A stretch of 64,000 nucleotides of DNA. It comes from Eledone cirrhosa. Taxonomy: Eukaryota. Position 1 is the first letter of the stretch. Every line of letters starts with the position of its first letter. The position numbers were made by a program, and so were the translations under genes. The stretch is taken from contig OZ024740.1 in NCBI GenBank assembly GCA_964016885.1, forward strand, positions 34,162,001 to 34,226,000. The letters are read 5' to 3'. Shown in pieces: positions 61,301 through 64,000 of the stretch. Below the pieces are notes generated by a model. It was not told the DNA's origin. It was given only the letters and a program-made list of their open reading frames with translations, and searched no databases.

Positions 61301-64000
61301 AAGTGTAGCCCCCAAATCGTAGAACCTCAAGAAACTTCATTTTTGTCAAGTGTAGCCCCCGACTCCTAGAACCTCAAGAATCTTCATTTTTGTCAAGTGT
61401 AGCCCACCGACTCCTAGAACCTCAAGAAACTTCATTTTTGTCAAGTGTAGCCACCAACTCCTAGAACCCCAAGAAACTTCATTTTTGTCAAGTGTAGCCC
61501 CAACTCCTAGAACCTCAAGAAACTTCATTTTTGTCAAGTGTAGACCCAATTCCTAGAACCTCAAAAAACTTCATTTTTGTCAAGTGTAGCCCCATCTCCT
61601 AGAACCTCAAGAAACTTCATTTTTGTCAAGTGTAGCCCCAATTCCTAGAACCCCAAGAAACTTCATTTTTGGCAAGTGTAGCCCCAACTCCTAGAACCTC
61701 AAGAAACTTTATTTTTGTCAAGTTTAGCCCCCAACTCCTAGAACATTTGAGAAACTTCATTTTTGTCAAGTGAAGCCCACAACTCCTAGAACCTCAAGAA
61801 ACTTCACTTTTGTCAAGTGTAGCCACCCAACCCTACAACCTCAAGAAACTTTATTTTTGTCAAGTGTAGCCTCCGCCCCCGACTCCTAGAACCTCAAGAA
61901 ACTTCATTTTTTCAAGTGTAGCCTCCTCGGCTCCTAGAACCTCAAGAAGCTTCATTTTTGTAGAGTGTAGCCCCCCCAACTCCTAGAACCTCAAGAAACA
62001 TCATTTTTGTCAAGTGTAGCCCTCCAACTCCTATAACCTCAAGAAACTTCATTTTTATCAAGTGTAGCCCCCAACTCCTAGAACCTCAAGAAACTTCACT
62101 TTTGTCAAGTGTAGCCCCCCAACTCCTAGAACCTCAAGAAACTTCACCTTTGTCAAGTGTAGCTCCCAACTCCTAGAACCTAAAGAAACTTCATTTTTGG
62201 CAAGTGTAGCCCCAACTCCTAGAACCTCAAGAAACTTCATTTTTGTCAAGTGTAGCCCCATCTCCTAGAACCTCAAGAAACTTCATTTTTGTCAAGTGTA
62301 GCCCTCCAACTCCTATAACCTCAAGAAACTTCATTTTTGTCAAGTGTAGCCCCCGACTCCTAGAACCTCAAGAAACTTCATTTTTGTCAAGTGTAGCCCA
62401 CCGACTCCTAGAACCTCAAGAAACTTCATTTTTGTCAAGTGTAGCCTCCTCGGCTCCTAGAACCTCAAAAAACTTCATTTTTGTCAAGTGTAGCCCCATC
62501 TCCTAGAACCTCAAGAAACTTCATTTTTGTCAAGTGTAGCCCCAATTCCTAGAACCCCAAGAAACTTCATTTTTGGCAAGTGTAGCCCCAACTCCTAGAA
62601 CCTCAAGAAACTTCATTTTTGTCAAGTGTAGCCCCATCTCCTAGAACCTCAAGAAACTTCATTTTTGTCAAGTGTAGCCCTCCAACTCTTATAACCTCAA
62701 GAAACTTCATTTTTGTCAAGTGTAGCCCCCGACTCCTAGAACCTCAAGAAACTTCATTTTTGTCAAGTGTAGCCCCAACTCCTAGAACCTCAAGAAACTT
62801 CATTTTTGTCAAGTGTAGCCCCAACTCCTAGAACCTCAAGAAACATCATTTTTGTCAAGTGTAGCCCCCAACTCCTATAACTTCAAGAAACTTCATTTTT
62901 GTCAAGTGTAGCCCCCAACTCCTAGAACATCAAGAAACTTCACTTTTGTCAAGTGTAGCCCTCCAACTCCTAGAACATCAAGAAACTTCATTTTTGTCAA
63001 GTGTAGCCCCCAACTCCTACAACCTCAAGAAACTTTATTTTTGTCAAGTGTAGCCCCCATCTCTTAGAACCTCAAGAAACTTTATTTTTGTCAAGTGTAG
63101 CCCACCGACTCCTAGAACCTCAAGAAACTTTATTTTTGTCAAGTGTAGCCCCCCAACTCCTAGAACCTCAAGAAGCTTCATTTTTGTAGAGTGTAGCCCC
63201 CCCAACTCCTAGAACCTCAAGAAACATCATTTTTGTCAAGTGTAGCCCTCCAACTCCTAGAACCTCAAGAAACTTCATTTTTATCTAGTGTAGCCCCCAA
63301 CTCCTAGAACCTCAAGAAACTTCACTTTTGTCAAGTGTAGCCCCCCAACTCCTAGAACCTCAAGAAACTTCACCTTTGTCAAGTGTAGCTCCCAACTCCT
63401 AGAACCTAAAGAAACTTCATTTTTGGCAAGTGTAGCCCCAACTCCTAGAACCTCAAGAAACTTCATTTTTGTCAAGTGTAGCCCCATCTCCTAGAACCTC
63501 AAGAAACTTCATTTTTGTCAAGTGTAGCCCTCCAACTCCTATAACCTCAAGAAACTTCATTTTTGTCAAGTGTAGCCCCCGACTCCTAGAACCTCAAGAA
63601 ACTTCATTTTTGTTAAGTGTAGCCCTCCAACTCCTAGAACCTCAAGAAACTTCATTTTTGTCAAGTGTAGCCCCAACTCCTAGAACCTCAAGAAACTTCA
63701 TTTTTGTCAAGTGTAGACCCAATTCCTAGAACCTCAAAAAACTTCATTTTTGTCAAGTGTAGCCCTCCAACTCCTAGAACCTCAAGAAACTTCATTTTTG
63801 TCAAGTGTAGCCCCAACTCCTAGAACCTCAAAAAACTTCATTTTTGGCAAGTGTAGCCCCAACTCCTAGAACCTCAAAAAACTTCATTTTTGTCAAGTGT
63901 AGCCCCATCTCCTAGAACCTCAAGAAACTTCATTTTTGTCAAGTGTAGCCCCAATTCCTAGAACCCCAAGAAACTTCATTTTTGGCAAGTGTAGCCCCAA

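Larger units (their letters stand above)
19265..64000. repeat. Tandem satellite, ~47-48-bp monomer, roughly 940 copies, continues past the window end
   Basis: Consensus GAACCTCAAGAAACTTCATTTTTGTCAAGTGTAGCCCCCAACTCCTA (47 bp). Length varies mostly in the C-run; all monomers are in one orientation and no TE insertions were seen. Copy number is array length divided by monomer length. Confidence 0.99.

Noticed and set aside
19577-63729. Dozens of ORFs of the SSVAPQLLEPQETSFL / LHLTKMKFLEVLGVGG type
   Set aside because: Translations of 48-bp monomer runs, mostly from non-ATG starts, broken wherever monomer length changes. No coding evidence.
19265-64000. CRISPR-like array (constant block plus variable segment)
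   Set aside because: The variable part is only ~10 nt of related C-rich variants that recur many times, not unique spacers. There are no cas genes and the context is eukaryotic TEs.

Overview
Repeat-only eukaryotic DNA with no supportable host gene. The SINE sequences look like those I know from octopus/coleoid cephalopod genomes; this is inference and was not verified by a search. Positions 1-18.2 kb are a nest of transposable elements: tRNA-derived SINEs, a decayed R4/Dong-type RLE LINE (-), a decayed Gypsy relic (+), and a young, nearly intact Gypsy provirus (-). That provirus has gag, a -1 frameshift signal with a pseudoknot, pol with one nonsense codon, and a truncated 5' LTR. The nest also holds three 5'-truncated L1/Tx1-clade LINEs stacked head-to-tail and joined only by (TATC)n tails, plus a fourth, RT-deleted copy in reverse. 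A CA-rich minisatellite (18.6-19.2 kb) leads into a >44-kb satellite of ~47-48-bp monomers that runs off the right edge. The satellite has nested higher-order duplications and four in-register (AACCCT)5-7 telomeric tracts that join two different monomer strings. The best candidates for new biology are the telomerase-like scars amplified inside the satellite and the self-stacking (TATC)n-tailed Tx1 array, which share one polarity. All comparisons were made by eye; boundaries of decayed elements are approximate.
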